DNA of 64,000 bases from Candidatus Multivoradales bacterium (GTDB lineage: Bacteria; Acidobacteriota; Thermoanaerobaculia; Multivoradales; JAHEKO01), in assembly GCA_965223155.1 (NCBI GenBank), contig CBDCVR010000015.1:96001-160000 (forward strand), given 5' to 3'. The position numbers and the translations under genes were made by a program. A model generated the notes under the pieces. It saw nothing but the letters and a program-made list of their open reading frames with translations, ran no database searches and was not told the DNA's origin. Shown here piece by piece: positions 29,471-39,185 of the stretch. Within the stretch, counting starts at the first letter, position 1, and each line of letters starts with the position of its first letter.

Positions 29471-31870
29471 TCAGCGGTCGCGCCGCCCGCTGATTCTCGG
29501 GACCGCGAAAAGAATCAGAACCGTAGCAAGGCTTACGAGCGCACCGATGCCGAGCCAAGGCTGCCTGAAACGCAGAATCACGCTCCCCTGTCCCTCAGGC
29601 ACCCGGATCGCGGTCTGGCCAAGGGCCGTGGGCAGGACCGGCACGATAGTCTTCCCGACCGACGCACGCCAACCCTCGTCGTACGTCGTTGCCAAGACGA
29701 GCAGCCCCGGCTTCGCCGTCCGGTACTGGATCTCGACACCATCAGAACGTGGACGCACCCCATCGACGACGCCGGCCGGATCGAATGTCTCCAGCCGACC
29801 GCCGTCTCTTGGGGCGATCAAAGACTCGAGGCGATCGACGTCAAATGCCCGCTCGACGACGTCCGCTCGAGCCTCTTCGACGCTCCTGAAGTACCGGGCC
29901 TCGGGGACGAAACGGACCGGCTCCAGGGAACCGCGGATGCCCAGCGTCTCGATCGGTGGCTCCGAATCCTGAATGGCCTCAGGAGGCCTTCGTACAACGA
30001 ACGCTTCGACCGCCCAAGCACCCAGCAATGGCGCCACCAGGGAGCGGTCCTGAGCCGCCGTTGTGTAGAAGAGCTCGAGGGCGTGATCCGCCCACCACGT
30101 GGCCATCAGGTCGTAGTCCGGATTGAGGGCGTAGGAGAGGCCCCACAGCGTCCCGACGAAGGGATCCAAGAGATCGACGCTCCGGCGAATCCACGGAGCC
30201 TCTTCGCCTTCCACAGCTGAAAACGACACCGCTCGGTGGTCGAGAAAGAAGCCCTGGTCCGTTGCGATACGCGCCCTTTTCCGGACCAACTCACCGGCGG
30301 AAGCTGGAGGGCTGAGGAAGCTCTCAATTGCCACTGTGGGATTCACCCAACGGTTGGCGAGGGCCAGATCGGCGGCAACCAGAAGTGGCAGGATCACCAT
30401 GGTCCACTTCCTTTTCCGCCCGCCAACGATCACAAGGACCATGAGAAGGGCGAGGGCGAGTTGCAGCAAGGCCCCCCGTCCGATGAAAGCGACTCCCGCA
30501 GCCAGCTCGCCGGCGCTCCGTACCTCAGGCGTCCTCGCTTGGATGAACTCGGCGCCAACCGCGGGCGCAAGCCCGAGCCAGGCCGCCAAAATCAGATTGG
30601 CGAGCGCGAAGAAGCAGGCCGTGACCCAGGCTCGGCGATGTGCCACCTCGTGCTCGACTGCCGAGCTCACTAGGCGTTCGGTCGCCACCGCGGCCAGGAA
30701 CGGAAGCACCGCCGTGGTTAGTAGGAGGAACTTCTCTGGGTAGCGAATCCAACGAAACGGCGGCAGATGCGACAGCACTTCGGAATAGATGGGATTGTGT
30801 CGGCCGAGCGCCAGGAAGATCCCGGCGGCCAGCAACAGGGCCCAAGCGAAGCGTCTCGGTGTGCCGCTTGTCAGCAGGCCCGCGAGCGCCAATGCGAGCA
30901 CTACCTGGCCGGGAAAGATCGAGAGCAGGTACGGATGCGTCTTGTCATGGACGCCGCTAGCGAAGTAGAGACCCCGCGAGGCGAGCGTGGGCTCGCCATG
31001 GAAGCGCGGGAACACCGCCTCGGCCAACCGCTCTGGCGCGGTCGACCAGACGAGCGTGCCCCGACCCTCGGAGTCCACTCCTTCTGAAGCCGCGCTCACC
31101 CGCTGCATGGTCGGTACGAGTTGGACGGCCGCGAGTCCCGCTCCCGCGGCCAGGATCGCCAAGATCGCAACCACCTTCCTGAGACGGTCCGTGGGATCCA
31201 GGCTGGCGAGCACGACCAGGGTGATGGCCGTCAAGAAGGCGACCGTCGGCTCTCCCGCCACGAGCTGCATGGCAATGCCGACGGGCGCGAGCACGACCGA
31301 CCTCGACCGGCCCTTGGCACCCATCTCGAGGGCTCCCAGTGCCCAAGACACGACCCACGGGAACCAGGCCAGGGAGAAAAACGGGCTGAGCGTGCCGACG
31401 CTGCTCACCATCCACCCTCCACCCGCAAAGCCGATTGCGGCCAGAGCCGCGGCCAATCGACCACACCCGAGCCGGCTCGCCAGCCTCCACGCCCCCCCAA
31501 AGCCCCAGATCGCATGAAGAAGGATAAGGATCTTGAGGGCGCTGACTGGCTCCAAGAGCAACACGATCCAACTCGGCGGATAGAAGGCCCCATAGTTGGG
31601 ATTCGAGAGAATCGGTTGCCCGCCGTGGAGAGTTGGATTCCACAACGGCAGGCCCATCTTCGCGAGCCTTGCGAACTCGGCTCGGAGCGGCAGATGGAAG
31701 AAGACGAGGTCTTGAATCCCGAGGAACCTACCCGGACTCAGCACTGAGCGATAGAAGAAGCCAATCGTCGCCGCTGCCACGAGGACCTGCGGGAGAAGTG
31801 ACCTGAAACCAACCCGAGACCACGCTGTCTTCCGGCTATCCCGGCCGGACTTTGACCTCGAACGCTCCAT
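29471..31870 (-). CDS. YfhO-like polytopic membrane protein (putative GT-C glycosyltransferase)
   Basis: LPLWNP..HGGQP...FYPP, AAVQLVPT, RYPEKF and GWRA motifs; many TMs. Start ATG 31870 inferred. Confidence 0.75.
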   Translation of the reverse strand: MERSRSKSGRDSRKTAWSRVGFRSLLPQVLVAAATIGFFYRSVLSPGRFLGIQDLVFFHLPLRAEFARLAKMGLPLWNPTLHGGQPILSNPNYGAFYPPSWIVLLLEPVSALKILILLHAIWGFGGAWRLASRLGCGRLAAALAAIGFAGGGWMVSSVGTLSPFFSLAWFPWVVSWALGALEMGAKGRSRSVVLAPVGIAMQLVAGEPTVAFLTAITLVVLASLDPTDRLRKVVAILAILAAGAGLAAVQLVPTMQRVSAASEGVDSEGRGTLVWSTAPERLAEAVFPRFHGEPTLASRGLYFASGVHDKTHPYLLSIFPGQVVLALALAGLLTSGTPRRFAWALLLAAGIFLALGRHNPIYSEVLSHLPPFRWIRYPEKFLLLTTAVLPFLAAVATERLVSSAVEHEVAHRRAWVTACFFALANLILAAWLGLAPAVGAEFIQARTPEVRSAGELAAGVAFIGRGALLQLALALLMVLVIVGGRKRKWTMVILPLLVAADLALANRWVNPTVAIESFLSPPASAGELVRKRARIATDQGFFLDHRAVSFSAVEGEEAPWIRRSVDLLDPFVGTLWGLSYALNPDYDLMATWWADHALELFYTTAAQDRSLVAPLLGAWAVEAFVVRRPPEAIQDSEPPIETLGIRGSLEPVRFVPEARYFRSVEEARADVVERAFDVDRLESLIAPRDGGRLETFDPAGVVDGVRPRSDGVEIQYRTAKPGLLVLATTYDEGWRASVGKTIVPVLPTALGQTAIRVPEGQGSVILRFRQPWLGIGALVSLATVLILFAVPRISGRRDR

Positions 31871-32125
31871 CAAGACCGGCAGGCAGCATAACGTAGATTC
31901 CGAACCAGCGATGGCCAGCAATCCCCGGCTTCACGGCTCGCTCCGAGCAGTCGGCTTCTACGCTCGTCCGAGCGCCCACTCAGGGTCGCACCGGACATTC
32001 TCTTGCTAGCCGTTTGCCCGGGCCGCCGGAAGCACCGCGCCCCGGCGCCGCGGCCCGCGGCTCGAAGCGGGTGCAAGAAGCCTCAGCCTAGTACCCCCTG
32101 CGCTGGCGCACGCCTCGGGAGCACG

Positions 32126-32338
32126 CTACCGCTCGATGTCGATCGTCTCGGCCTGCTCCTCCGGCTCCTGCAAGATGACCACCGTCTCTCCGATGGGCAG
32201 CAGGACCCGGTGCCTCTTGTCTCCAAACTTGAGACGCACCTCGAAGTAGCCAATGTCCGAGATCGCCAGGAGCGTGCCCCGGCTTCCCTTGATGCCGAGC
32301 AGCTCGTTGTGAATGAGAACCTTCGCCGGTAGTTCCAT
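32126..32338 (-). CDS. Small hypothetical beta-rich protein (70 aa)
   Basis: AAAGGA SD, ATG start, host-like codons; lies directly downstream of the sigma54 activator gene. Confidence 0.7.
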   Translation of the reverse strand: MELPAKVLIHNELLGIKGSRGTLLAISDIGYFEVRLKFGDKRHRVLLPIGETVVILQEPEEQAETIDIER

Positions 32339-32385
32339 GGAGTTCCTTTCCTGTGGGATCGCCCTTGCTTCGAGCGCTTGCTGCC

Positions 32386-33879
32386 CTAGGGTCGGGGGAC
32401 GCTAGCCGTGTCGCCCCCCGAGTCCGAGGCTTTCTTCGAGCCCTCGGACGGATTCTTGCCGCCGCTGCCGGAGCCGCCGGACGCCGCCCGGCCCGCCGGC
32501 ACCGAGCCCTCGGTCCGATACTCCTTGAGCTTGCGCTGCAGGGTTCGTAGCCCGATCTTCAAGATCTTGGCCGCCTCGGCCCGCTTGCCGCCGGTCAGCT
32601 CCAGGGTCTCTAGGATGGCCCGCTTCTCGATCTCGGCCATGGTCATCGGCGATCCTTCCTGGATCTGGACCCCGGGCGAACGCGAGGAGCCGGCCGCCGA
32701 GCCGCGCAGATGGTCGGGCAAGTCGGCAGCGGTGATCTCCTCGCCGCCGTGGAAGATGACCAGCGACTCGATTGCGTTCTTCAACTCACGCACGTTGCCC
32801 GGCCAGGCGTAGGCCGCCAGGCATTCGACCGCGTCCCGGGACAAACGCTTCGGCTCGCGGTCGTGCTCGGCGCAGAAGCGCTCCAGAAAGGCCTCGCCGA
32901 GCAGCACCAGATCGTCCTCCCGGTCCCGCAAGGGCGGAACGTCAAGGGTGACCACCTTGAGGCGGTAGTAGAGATCCTCCCGAAACGCGCCCTCTTCGAC
33001 CGCCCGTTCCAGGTCCTTGTTGGTCGCCGCCAGCAGGCGAAAATCGACTTCGATGAGCTCGCTGCCCCCGACTCGCATCACCGCCCGCTCCTCAAGAACA
33101 CGCAGCAGCTTGACCTGGAGCTCCGGATAGAGCTCGCTGATCTCGTCCAGGAACAAGGTCCCCTGGTGAGCTAGCTCGAACTTGCCGGTCTTGCGCGACA
33201 CGGCTCCCGTAAAGGCGCCCTTCTCGTGTCCGAAGAGCTCGCTTTCCAGAATGTCGGACGGGATAGCGCCGCAGTTGATCGCCAGGAAGCGCTCCTGGCT
33301 GCGCGGGCTCGCCTGGTGCAAGGCGTTGGCCACCAGCTCCTTGCCGGTACCGCTCTCACCCACGATCAGCACCGACGAGCGGGTCGGCGCCACCAGGCGC
33401 ATCTGGTCGAACAGCCGTTCCATGGGCTCGGACTTGCCGAGGATGCTCTCGAAGCCGTAGCGCTTATCGAGCCGCTCCCGCAACGAGGAGACCTCCTCCT
33501 TGAGCTCCTTGTTCTCGAGCAGGTTGGTGACCCGCTGGCGCAGCTCGTAGAGATCGACCGGCTTGGTCAGGTAATCGTCGGCCCCCACCCGCATCGCCTC
33601 GACCGCCGACTCGATCGATCCGTACCCGGTCACCAGGATCACCCGCAGGTCCAGAGCCTGCTCGCGGACCGCCGCCAGAAAGCCCAGGCCGTCCATTCCG
33701 GGCATGCGCAGATCGCAGACGGCAAGCGTGACGCTGGCAGTCTCGGTGGCGAACTCGAGAGCCTTGGCCGCGTCATCGAAGGTCGCGACCGTCCAGCCGG
33801 CCTTCTCCAGAGCGATCGCCATCGACTCCCGGGACCCGGTCTCGTCGTCGATCACGATCACCGTCGGCGTCTTGGCCAT
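32386..33879 (-). CDS. sigma54-dependent response regulator (REC-AAA+-Fis HTH, NtrC family)
   Basis: IDDE/DLRMP receiver, GESGTGKE, GAFTGA, LFLDE, WPGNVREL, HTH. Start ATG 33879. Confidence 0.95.
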   Translation of the reverse strand: MAKTPTVIVIDDETGSRESMAIALEKAGWTVATFDDAAKALEFATETASVTLAVCDLRMPGMDGLGFLAAVREQALDLRVILVTGYGSIESAVEAMRVGADDYLTKPVDLYELRQRVTNLLENKELKEEVSSLRERLDKRYGFESILGKSEPMERLFDQMRLVAPTRSSVLIVGESGTGKELVANALHQASPRSQERFLAINCGAIPSDILESELFGHEKGAFTGAVSRKTGKFELAHQGTLFLDEISELYPELQVKLLRVLEERAVMRVGGSELIEVDFRLLAATNKDLERAVEEGAFREDLYYRLKVVTLDVPPLRDREDDLVLLGEAFLERFCAEHDREPKRLSRDAVECLAAYAWPGNVRELKNAIESLVIFHGGEEITAADLPDHLRGSAAGSSRSPGVQIQEGSPMTMAEIEKRAILETLELTGGKRAEAAKILKIGLRTLQRKLKEYRTEGSVPAGRAASGGSGSGGKNPSEGSKKASDSGGDTASVPRP

Positions 33880-33983
33880 AGGGCGAGAATTGTCGCACAG
33901 AGACCCTGCCCGGTCGAAGCCGGCGGCGGCGAAGCGATCGCGTAGACTTCCGGAGCCGCCCGCCCGCGGGCGGCGAGGAAACC

Positions 33984-36218
33984 ATGCCCGAGCGGCCCTC
34001 AGCACCGAACTCCGCGGCCGACGTCCAGATCGAGGGCCTGGTCGAACGCGTCGTCTTCCAGAACCCGGACAACGGCTGGACGGTGCTGCGCCTGCGCGGC
34101 GACGACGGCGAGCCCGCGACCGCCGTTGGCGAGCTGCCCGGGGTGCGGGCCGGTGAGCGCCTGGCGCTCAAGGGCCGCTGGCGGAACGATCCCAAGTACG
34201 GGCGCCAGCTCAGGGTCGTCACCTTCCTCCCAGTCGAGCCCAAGAGCCGCAAGGGACTGGAAATCTACCTGGGCAGCGGCGTGCTGCCCGGCATCGGCCC
34301 TGCCACGGCGGCGAAGATCGTCAAGCGCTTCGGCGCCGAGACCCTCGAGATCCTGGACCGCGACCCCGGGCGCCTGCGCGAGATACGAGGCATCGGACGG
34401 GTCAAACTAGGCCGAATCGAAGCCGCCTGGGACCAGCAAAAAGCCTCCCGCGAAGGGCTGATCTTCCTCCAGGAGCGCGGCCTGTCCGCGGCCCTGGCGG
34501 CCCGCATCGTGCGCAAGTACGGTGATCGGACGATCGCCATCGCCAAGAACGAACCGTACCGGCTCGCCGACGACTTTCGAGGTATCGGCTTCCAGCAAGC
34601 CGACCGATTCGCCCGCGAGCTGGGCTTCGGCGTCGAGGACGCCGGCAGGATCCGAGCCGGTCTCGTTTACTCTCTGACCGCCGCTGCCAGCAGCGGGCAT
34701 ACCTTCCAGCCGCTCGCCGATCTTCAGCGGGAAACAGCCTCGCTGCTCGGTCTCGATTCCGACCTCCTGGCGCCGGGTCTCGAGCTCGCGCGCCGAAGCG
34801 GAACCGTCACCATCGGAGAGCGCGGCGGTGAGGAGACGGTGGCGCTTTCCGCACTGGCGCGGGCCGAGCGGGCGCTGGCGCGGCGCACTGCGGCCATCGC
34901 CTCGACCCCGGCCGAAGCCGTCGTCGACGATCTCGACGCCGCATTGGCTTGGTGGCGAAAGAAACGCGGAGGGCTGGAGCTGGCTTCGGCGCAGCGCCAG
35001 GCCGTCGGGGCCGCGTTGAGCCGCAAGGTCGTGGTTCTAACCGGTGGACCGGGAACCGGCAAGACGACCCTCCTGGGCGCGGTGCTCGACATCTTACGAG
35101 CGAAGAAACGGCAGGTGGCCCTCGCCGCGCCCACCGGACGAGCGGCCAATCGCCTGTCGGAGACCACCGGAACCGAGGTCAAGACGGTACATCGCTTGCT
35201 CGAGTTCGATCCTCGGGCCCTCGCCTTCCGCCGGAACCGCCAGCGTCCCCTGGAAGCCGACGTCGTCGTGGTCGACGAGGCCTCCATGCTGGACGTCCAG
35301 CTCAGCCAGGCCCTCCTCGAAGCCGTGCCCGACTCGGCCCGGTTGCTGCTGGTGGGCGACGCCGACCAGCTGCCGTCGGTGGGACCCGGGAAGGTCCTGG
35401 ACGACCTCATCGCCTCGGACACGGTTGCGGTCGTGCGGCTGCGAACGATCTTTCGCCAAGCCGAAGCCAGCAGCATCGTGGTCAACGCCCACCGCATCCG
35501 CGACGGTCGGAAACCGGTTTCCGAAGACCGTCCCGACGCGGACTTCTTCTTCATCCGGCGGGACACCCCGGAGGCCGTCCTGCGCACCCTCACCGATCTG
35601 GTCACCAAGCGGGTACCACGACAGTTCCGGCTGGACCCGAAGCGCGACATCCAGGTGCTGACGCCGATGCGGCGGGGCGAGCTGGGTACCGGCAACCTCA
35701 ACCAGATTCTCCAGGACCTGCTCAATCCGGAAGGCTCGCCGGCCGGGCCGTTTCGCATCGGCGACCGGGTCATGCAAACCCGCAACAACTACGACCTCGA
35801 CGTCTTCAACGGAGACATCGGTACGGTCGCGGGACGGGGCGATGGCGGCAAGGGCGTGACCGTCTCCTTCGACGGCCGCCTCCTGGCCTACGCGCCCGAG
35901 GCCGAGGAGCAGCTCACGCTGGCCTACGCCACCACCGTGCACAAGTCCCAGGGGTCGGAGTATCCCTGTGTCGTCGTCCCCGTGCACATGCAGCACTTCA
36001 TCATGCTGCGCCGCAACCTCCTGTACACGGCGGTTACCCGAGCTCGGCGCCTGGTCCTGCTGGTCGGCCAGCAGCGGGCGCTCGAGGTCGCGGTGTCAAA
36101 CCGGCGCCGTGAGCGCCGGCTGACGGCGCTGGCCGACGAACTCCGCGCGGCCTTTGGCGACAGCCCGCCGATCCCGACGCTCGCGCCCGAAACTACCGAT
36201 CCGGCTCGCCGTCGGTAG
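33984..36218 (+). CDS. recD2: RecD2-like SF1B helicase
   Basis: N-terminal OB and HhH domains; GGPGTGKT, APTGRAA, DEASM, GDADQLPSVG, HKSQGSEY, LYTAVTRA. Confidence 0.95.
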   Translation: MPERPSAPNSAADVQIEGLVERVVFQNPDNGWTVLRLRGDDGEPATAVGELPGVRAGERLALKGRWRNDPKYGRQLRVVTFLPVEPKSRKGLEIYLGSGVLPGIGPATAAKIVKRFGAETLEILDRDPGRLREIRGIGRVKLGRIEAAWDQQKASREGLIFLQERGLSAALAARIVRKYGDRTIAIAKNEPYRLADDFRGIGFQQADRFARELGFGVEDAGRIRAGLVYSLTAAASSGHTFQPLADLQRETASLLGLDSDLLAPGLELARRSGTVTIGERGGEETVALSALARAERALARRTAAIASTPAEAVVDDLDAALAWWRKKRGGLELASAQRQAVGAALSRKVVVLTGGPGTGKTTLLGAVLDILRAKKRQVALAAPTGRAANRLSETTGTEVKTVHRLLEFDPRALAFRRNRQRPLEADVVVVDEASMLDVQLSQALLEAVPDSARLLLVGDADQLPSVGPGKVLDDLIASDTVAVVRLRTIFRQAEASSIVVNAHRIRDGRKPVSEDRPDADFFFIRRDTPEAVLRTLTDLVTKRVPRQFRLDPKRDIQVLTPMRRGELGTGNLNQILQDLLNPEGSPAGPFRIGDRVMQTRNNYDLDVFNGDIGTVAGRGDGGKGVTVSFDGRLLAYAPEAEEQLTLAYATTVHKSQGSEYPCVVVPVHMQHFIMLRRNLLYTAVTRARRLVLLVGQQRALEVAVSNRRRERRLTALADELRAAFGDSPPIPTLAPETTDPARRR

Positions 36219-37809
36219 ATTCGGGCTCGATTCCGACATCGAGATCCGGGTCCGCGCTCGGCGGCGTCGACAGGTTGGGCTCGTCGGGCACCGTAGCGCC
36301 CTTCGAGAGATCTCCCTGACCCAAGTCCCACTCGGGACCGCTGGGATCCAGCTCCGGAGGAACCGGTGGACCGCCCGGCGCGGCGCCGGGACCGGACAAG
36401 TCGTCCCAGGTCCCGACCCGGGTCAGGATCGCCGCGCCCAAGCCGACGGTCCAGGCCAGATAGATCACCAGGCACCCGAAGACGCCGAACATGAAGGCGA
36501 ACAGGCGGATCGGACCCGGACCGAAGGACAGGAGCTCGCCCACCAGAGCCCAGATCTCGATGGCCGCCACTCCGACCAGGAGGTTCATGTAGGGGTTGCC
36601 GAAGTCGAAGCCGAAGCGGTCCTCGAGCCAGCCGCCCAGGCGGTAGGCCACCGCGGTGTAGCCGACGAAGGCCACCAGGACGAAGCCCAAGATCGCGAAC
36701 GGGACCAGCAGCAGCAGCGGGATCCCGACGATCGAGATCAGCAGTAGCAAGCACACCAGAACCAGCGCCGGCAGACACAGGATCTGGGTCAGGAGCCCGA
36801 CCAGGCCGGCCTTGAGCGGCTCGGCGCCGGCCTTCCAGGCGATCCGCTCCACAGGATTTCGGGCCACAACCAGAACCAGGCAGGCCAGCAACGCCAGGAA
36901 GAGAACGCCCACGAGGTCCCAACCGGCGTCGAAGAAACCGAACCAGCGCACCCCGTCGTTCCAGTGGCGGACCCGGTGCGCGCCGTCGCTGTCAAAGTCG
37001 AAATCCCAGTTCCAGTCCCAGTCCTTCAGTCCCCGAAAGGCGAAGCTAGGCGAAAAGGGGACTTCCACGACCTCGCCGACGACGTCGACGTCCCCGCTCT
37101 CTTCGATCTGACCGCCCACGCTCACCACGTCACCGAGAATCTGGGCTCCGTCTTCCAGCTCGATCGAGCCGCCCACCACAGCCAGATCGCCGGTTACTTC
37201 ACCGCTGACCTGGGCCGAGCCGCCGATAGCGACGGCGTCGCCCAGGACCTTGCCGTCCACGGTCAGGGTCCCCCCAAAAACCACCACGTCCCGGTACACC
37301 TCGTCCTCTTCGACCTCGAGATCGTTACCCACCACGACCTGGGTGTCGGTGCGGGTCCGCCGACGCTTGCGCCGCTCGCGCGCTCTCTCCTCGCGATCTT
37401 CGCGCCCGATCCGCTCGGAGACGTCCTCGCTGGCGGGCTCTTCCGCGGCGTCGGTGTCGCCAACGGCCATCGTCGCTGAAGCCGATGCCGCCGAGGCGCG
37501 GCTCACATCCAGGACCACTCCGGCGAGTGCCCCCAGGCGCGCCTCGAGCTCGTCTTCGGAGACGGTCACGCCATCGAGGGCGATGCCGGCCCCGGACAGC
37601 TCGATGATACGAATGCCCAAGGACTCGTCAAGCGGCTCGAGCAGCCAACCGTCCTGCAGCGGCAGCAGCCGGAAATGCTGGTTGGCCGCCGCCTCCAACT
37701 CGGCAGTGAGCTCGGTTTGCGCGCTCGCCGCGCCCGCCATCGACAGCAGGACGGCGATCATCACCGCCGGCAGAGCGGCGGACCAGAGATTTTGAATTCC
37801 CCTACGCAT
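36193..37809 (-). CDS. Membrane protein with polymer-forming (bactofilin-like) beta-helix repeats
   Basis: Signal peptide; repeated GD(V/A/L)V..GG...V.G.V.GD units; C-terminal multi-TM domain. Confidence 0.75.
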   Translation of the reverse strand: MRRGIQNLWSAALPAVMIAVLLSMAGAASAQTELTAELEAAANQHFRLLPLQDGWLLEPLDESLGIRIIELSGAGIALDGVTVSEDELEARLGALAGVVLDVSRASAASASATMAVGDTDAAEEPASEDVSERIGREDREERARERRKRRRTRTDTQVVVGNDLEVEEDEVYRDVVVFGGTLTVDGKVLGDAVAIGGSAQVSGEVTGDLAVVGGSIELEDGAQILGDVVSVGGQIEESGDVDVVGEVVEVPFSPSFAFRGLKDWDWNWDFDFDSDGAHRVRHWNDGVRWFGFFDAGWDLVGVLFLALLACLVLVVARNPVERIAWKAGAEPLKAGLVGLLTQILCLPALVLVCLLLLISIVGIPLLLLVPFAILGFVLVAFVGYTAVAYRLGGWLEDRFGFDFGNPYMNLLVGVAAIEIWALVGELLSFGPGPIRLFAFMFGVFGCLVIYLAWTVGLGAAILTRVGTWDDLSGPGAAPGGPPVPPELDPSGPEWDLGQGDLSKGATVPDEPNLSTPPSADPDLDVGIEPESTDGEPDR

Positions 37810-38410
37810 GATACGTACTCCTATCCACCATCGGACCGGATGCATACCGGAACGAGGCTAATCCGCAAAACAAAGCCGCCAGAACGACTCCGAGAAGTCC
37901 CGGCGTGGCAATGGCTTCCGTGGCCACCGCGGCCACCCGAGACACGACGTCGGCTAGCGTCAACACGGTCGCGAGGCGCTGCGACATCGCCGCCAGCGCT
38001 CCCGCACCGAGGTCAACGAGCCAGATTCCGGCGGTGTCGGCGCGCAGGAGCGCCGCAGCCAGCGCCACCGCCAGGCCCGACGAGGCCAGCACCAAGCCGG
38101 CGGCGAGGCGGGCTCCGAACCCGCCGAATCCGCCACGTGTCCCGGAACTCCGCGCCGCGGCCGCGGCCAGCGGCTGGACCGGCGCCAGCCCGGAAACCCC
38201 CAGCCGGCGCAAGATTCGAGCACTCAGATCTTTCGAAGGCTCGGGCTGCGGCGCCATGCGGAAGACTCGACGCAAGGCAGCTTCGGCCTGACGCTCCTGA
38301 CCCTTCGACTCATAGGCGAGCCAGCGCACGATGGCGCGATCCACGGCGCTGGCGCCACGGCGCTCGCTCCGACGAACTCGGAGCTTGGAGCTGGATTTGG
38401 GCTTGGTCAC
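37802..38410 (-). CDS. Putative membrane anti-sigma factor
   Basis: Follows the ECF sigma gene; P.PS.DL.ARIL motif; TM segments; GGAGGAG SD before GTG 38410. Confidence 0.6.
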   Translation of the reverse strand: MTKPKSSSKLRVRRSERRGASAVDRAIVRWLAYESKGQERQAEAALRRVFRMAPQPEPSKDLSARILRRLGVSGLAPVQPLAAAAARSSGTRGGFGGFGARLAAGLVLASSGLAVALAAALLRADTAGIWLVDLGAGALAAMSQRLATVLTLADVVSRVAAVATEAIATPGLLGVVLAALFCGLASFRYASGPMVDRSTYHA

Positions 38411-38436
38411 TCGAGATCTCCTCCGCACATTGTGCC

Positions 38437-38464
38437 TTACGGCCCGGTTCGGGCCAGTGTTTCG
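38437..38464 (-). promoter_or_regulatory. ECF-type promoter between the sigma and anti-sigma genes
   Basis: Minus strand CGAAAC-N17-CGTAA, resembling SigW/SigM-class AAC/CGT promoters. Confidence 0.55.
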
Positions 38465-38465
38465 C

Positions 38466-39077
38466 TTATCGGAGCCGCTCCATTCCTTTGGCTCCGGGGT
38501 CCCATCCGGCCTCGGAGAGCGCCCTCGCAAGAGCCTTACGAGCCCGGAACAAATGGGTCTTGACCGTGCCCAACGGCAGACCGGAAATCTCGGCGATCTC
38601 CTCGTACGAGCGGCCCTGCTCCAGGCGCAGCATCAGAATCTCGGCGTACTCGGGCCGCAGCGTGCCTAGAGCCGCTTCGAGTGCCCGTCCTAGCTCGCTC
38701 CGGGTGAACCGATCGCCCGGCGAGGTTTCCTCGGAGGTCGCCACCGGATCGAAGCCTGCCGGCACCCCGCCGCTTTCGTCTTCACCGGCGTCGAGCGACA
38801 CGGTCTGAAGCCTCTTGCGCCGGAGGTGATCGATGGTCGTGTTGTGGGCGATGGTAAAGAGCCAGCTCGAGAACTTCCGCTCAAGGTCGAACTGGCCGAG
38901 CGCCCGGAACGCTTTGACGAAGGTCTCCTGGGTCAGGTCTTCGGCCAGGCCCGCGTCCCGCACCATGCGCACGACGATCGAGAACACCGGTCTCTGGTAG
39001 AGCTCGACCAGGTGCCGGTAGCCTTCCTCCGAGCCCTGGAGCGCCAGCCGGATCCAATGCGCGTCTCCGGTCGTCAT
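38466..39077 (-). CDS. ECF RNA polymerase sigma factor (SigW/RpoE-like)
   Basis: AEDLTQETFVKA, FSSWLFTIAHN, SYEEIAE...PLGTVKTHLFRAR. Confidence 0.93.
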   Translation of the reverse strand: MTTGDAHWIRLALQGSEEGYRHLVELYQRPVFSIVVRMVRDAGLAEDLTQETFVKAFRALGQFDLERKFSSWLFTIAHNTTIDHLRRKRLQTVSLDAGEDESGGVPAGFDPVATSEETSPGDRFTRSELGRALEAALGTLRPEYAEILMLRLEQGRSYEEIAEISGLPLGTVKTHLFRARKALARALSEAGWDPGAKGMERLR

Positions 39078-39185
39078 CTCTCCTCAGCAGCCCTTCTCGC
39101 CTCGGCGCCCCTGGCCGGCGCTCGTCGCCGGCGGCAGGCATCGAACCAGTCCGAACCGCTCCGAGCGCTCCGAGCAGGCCCGACC

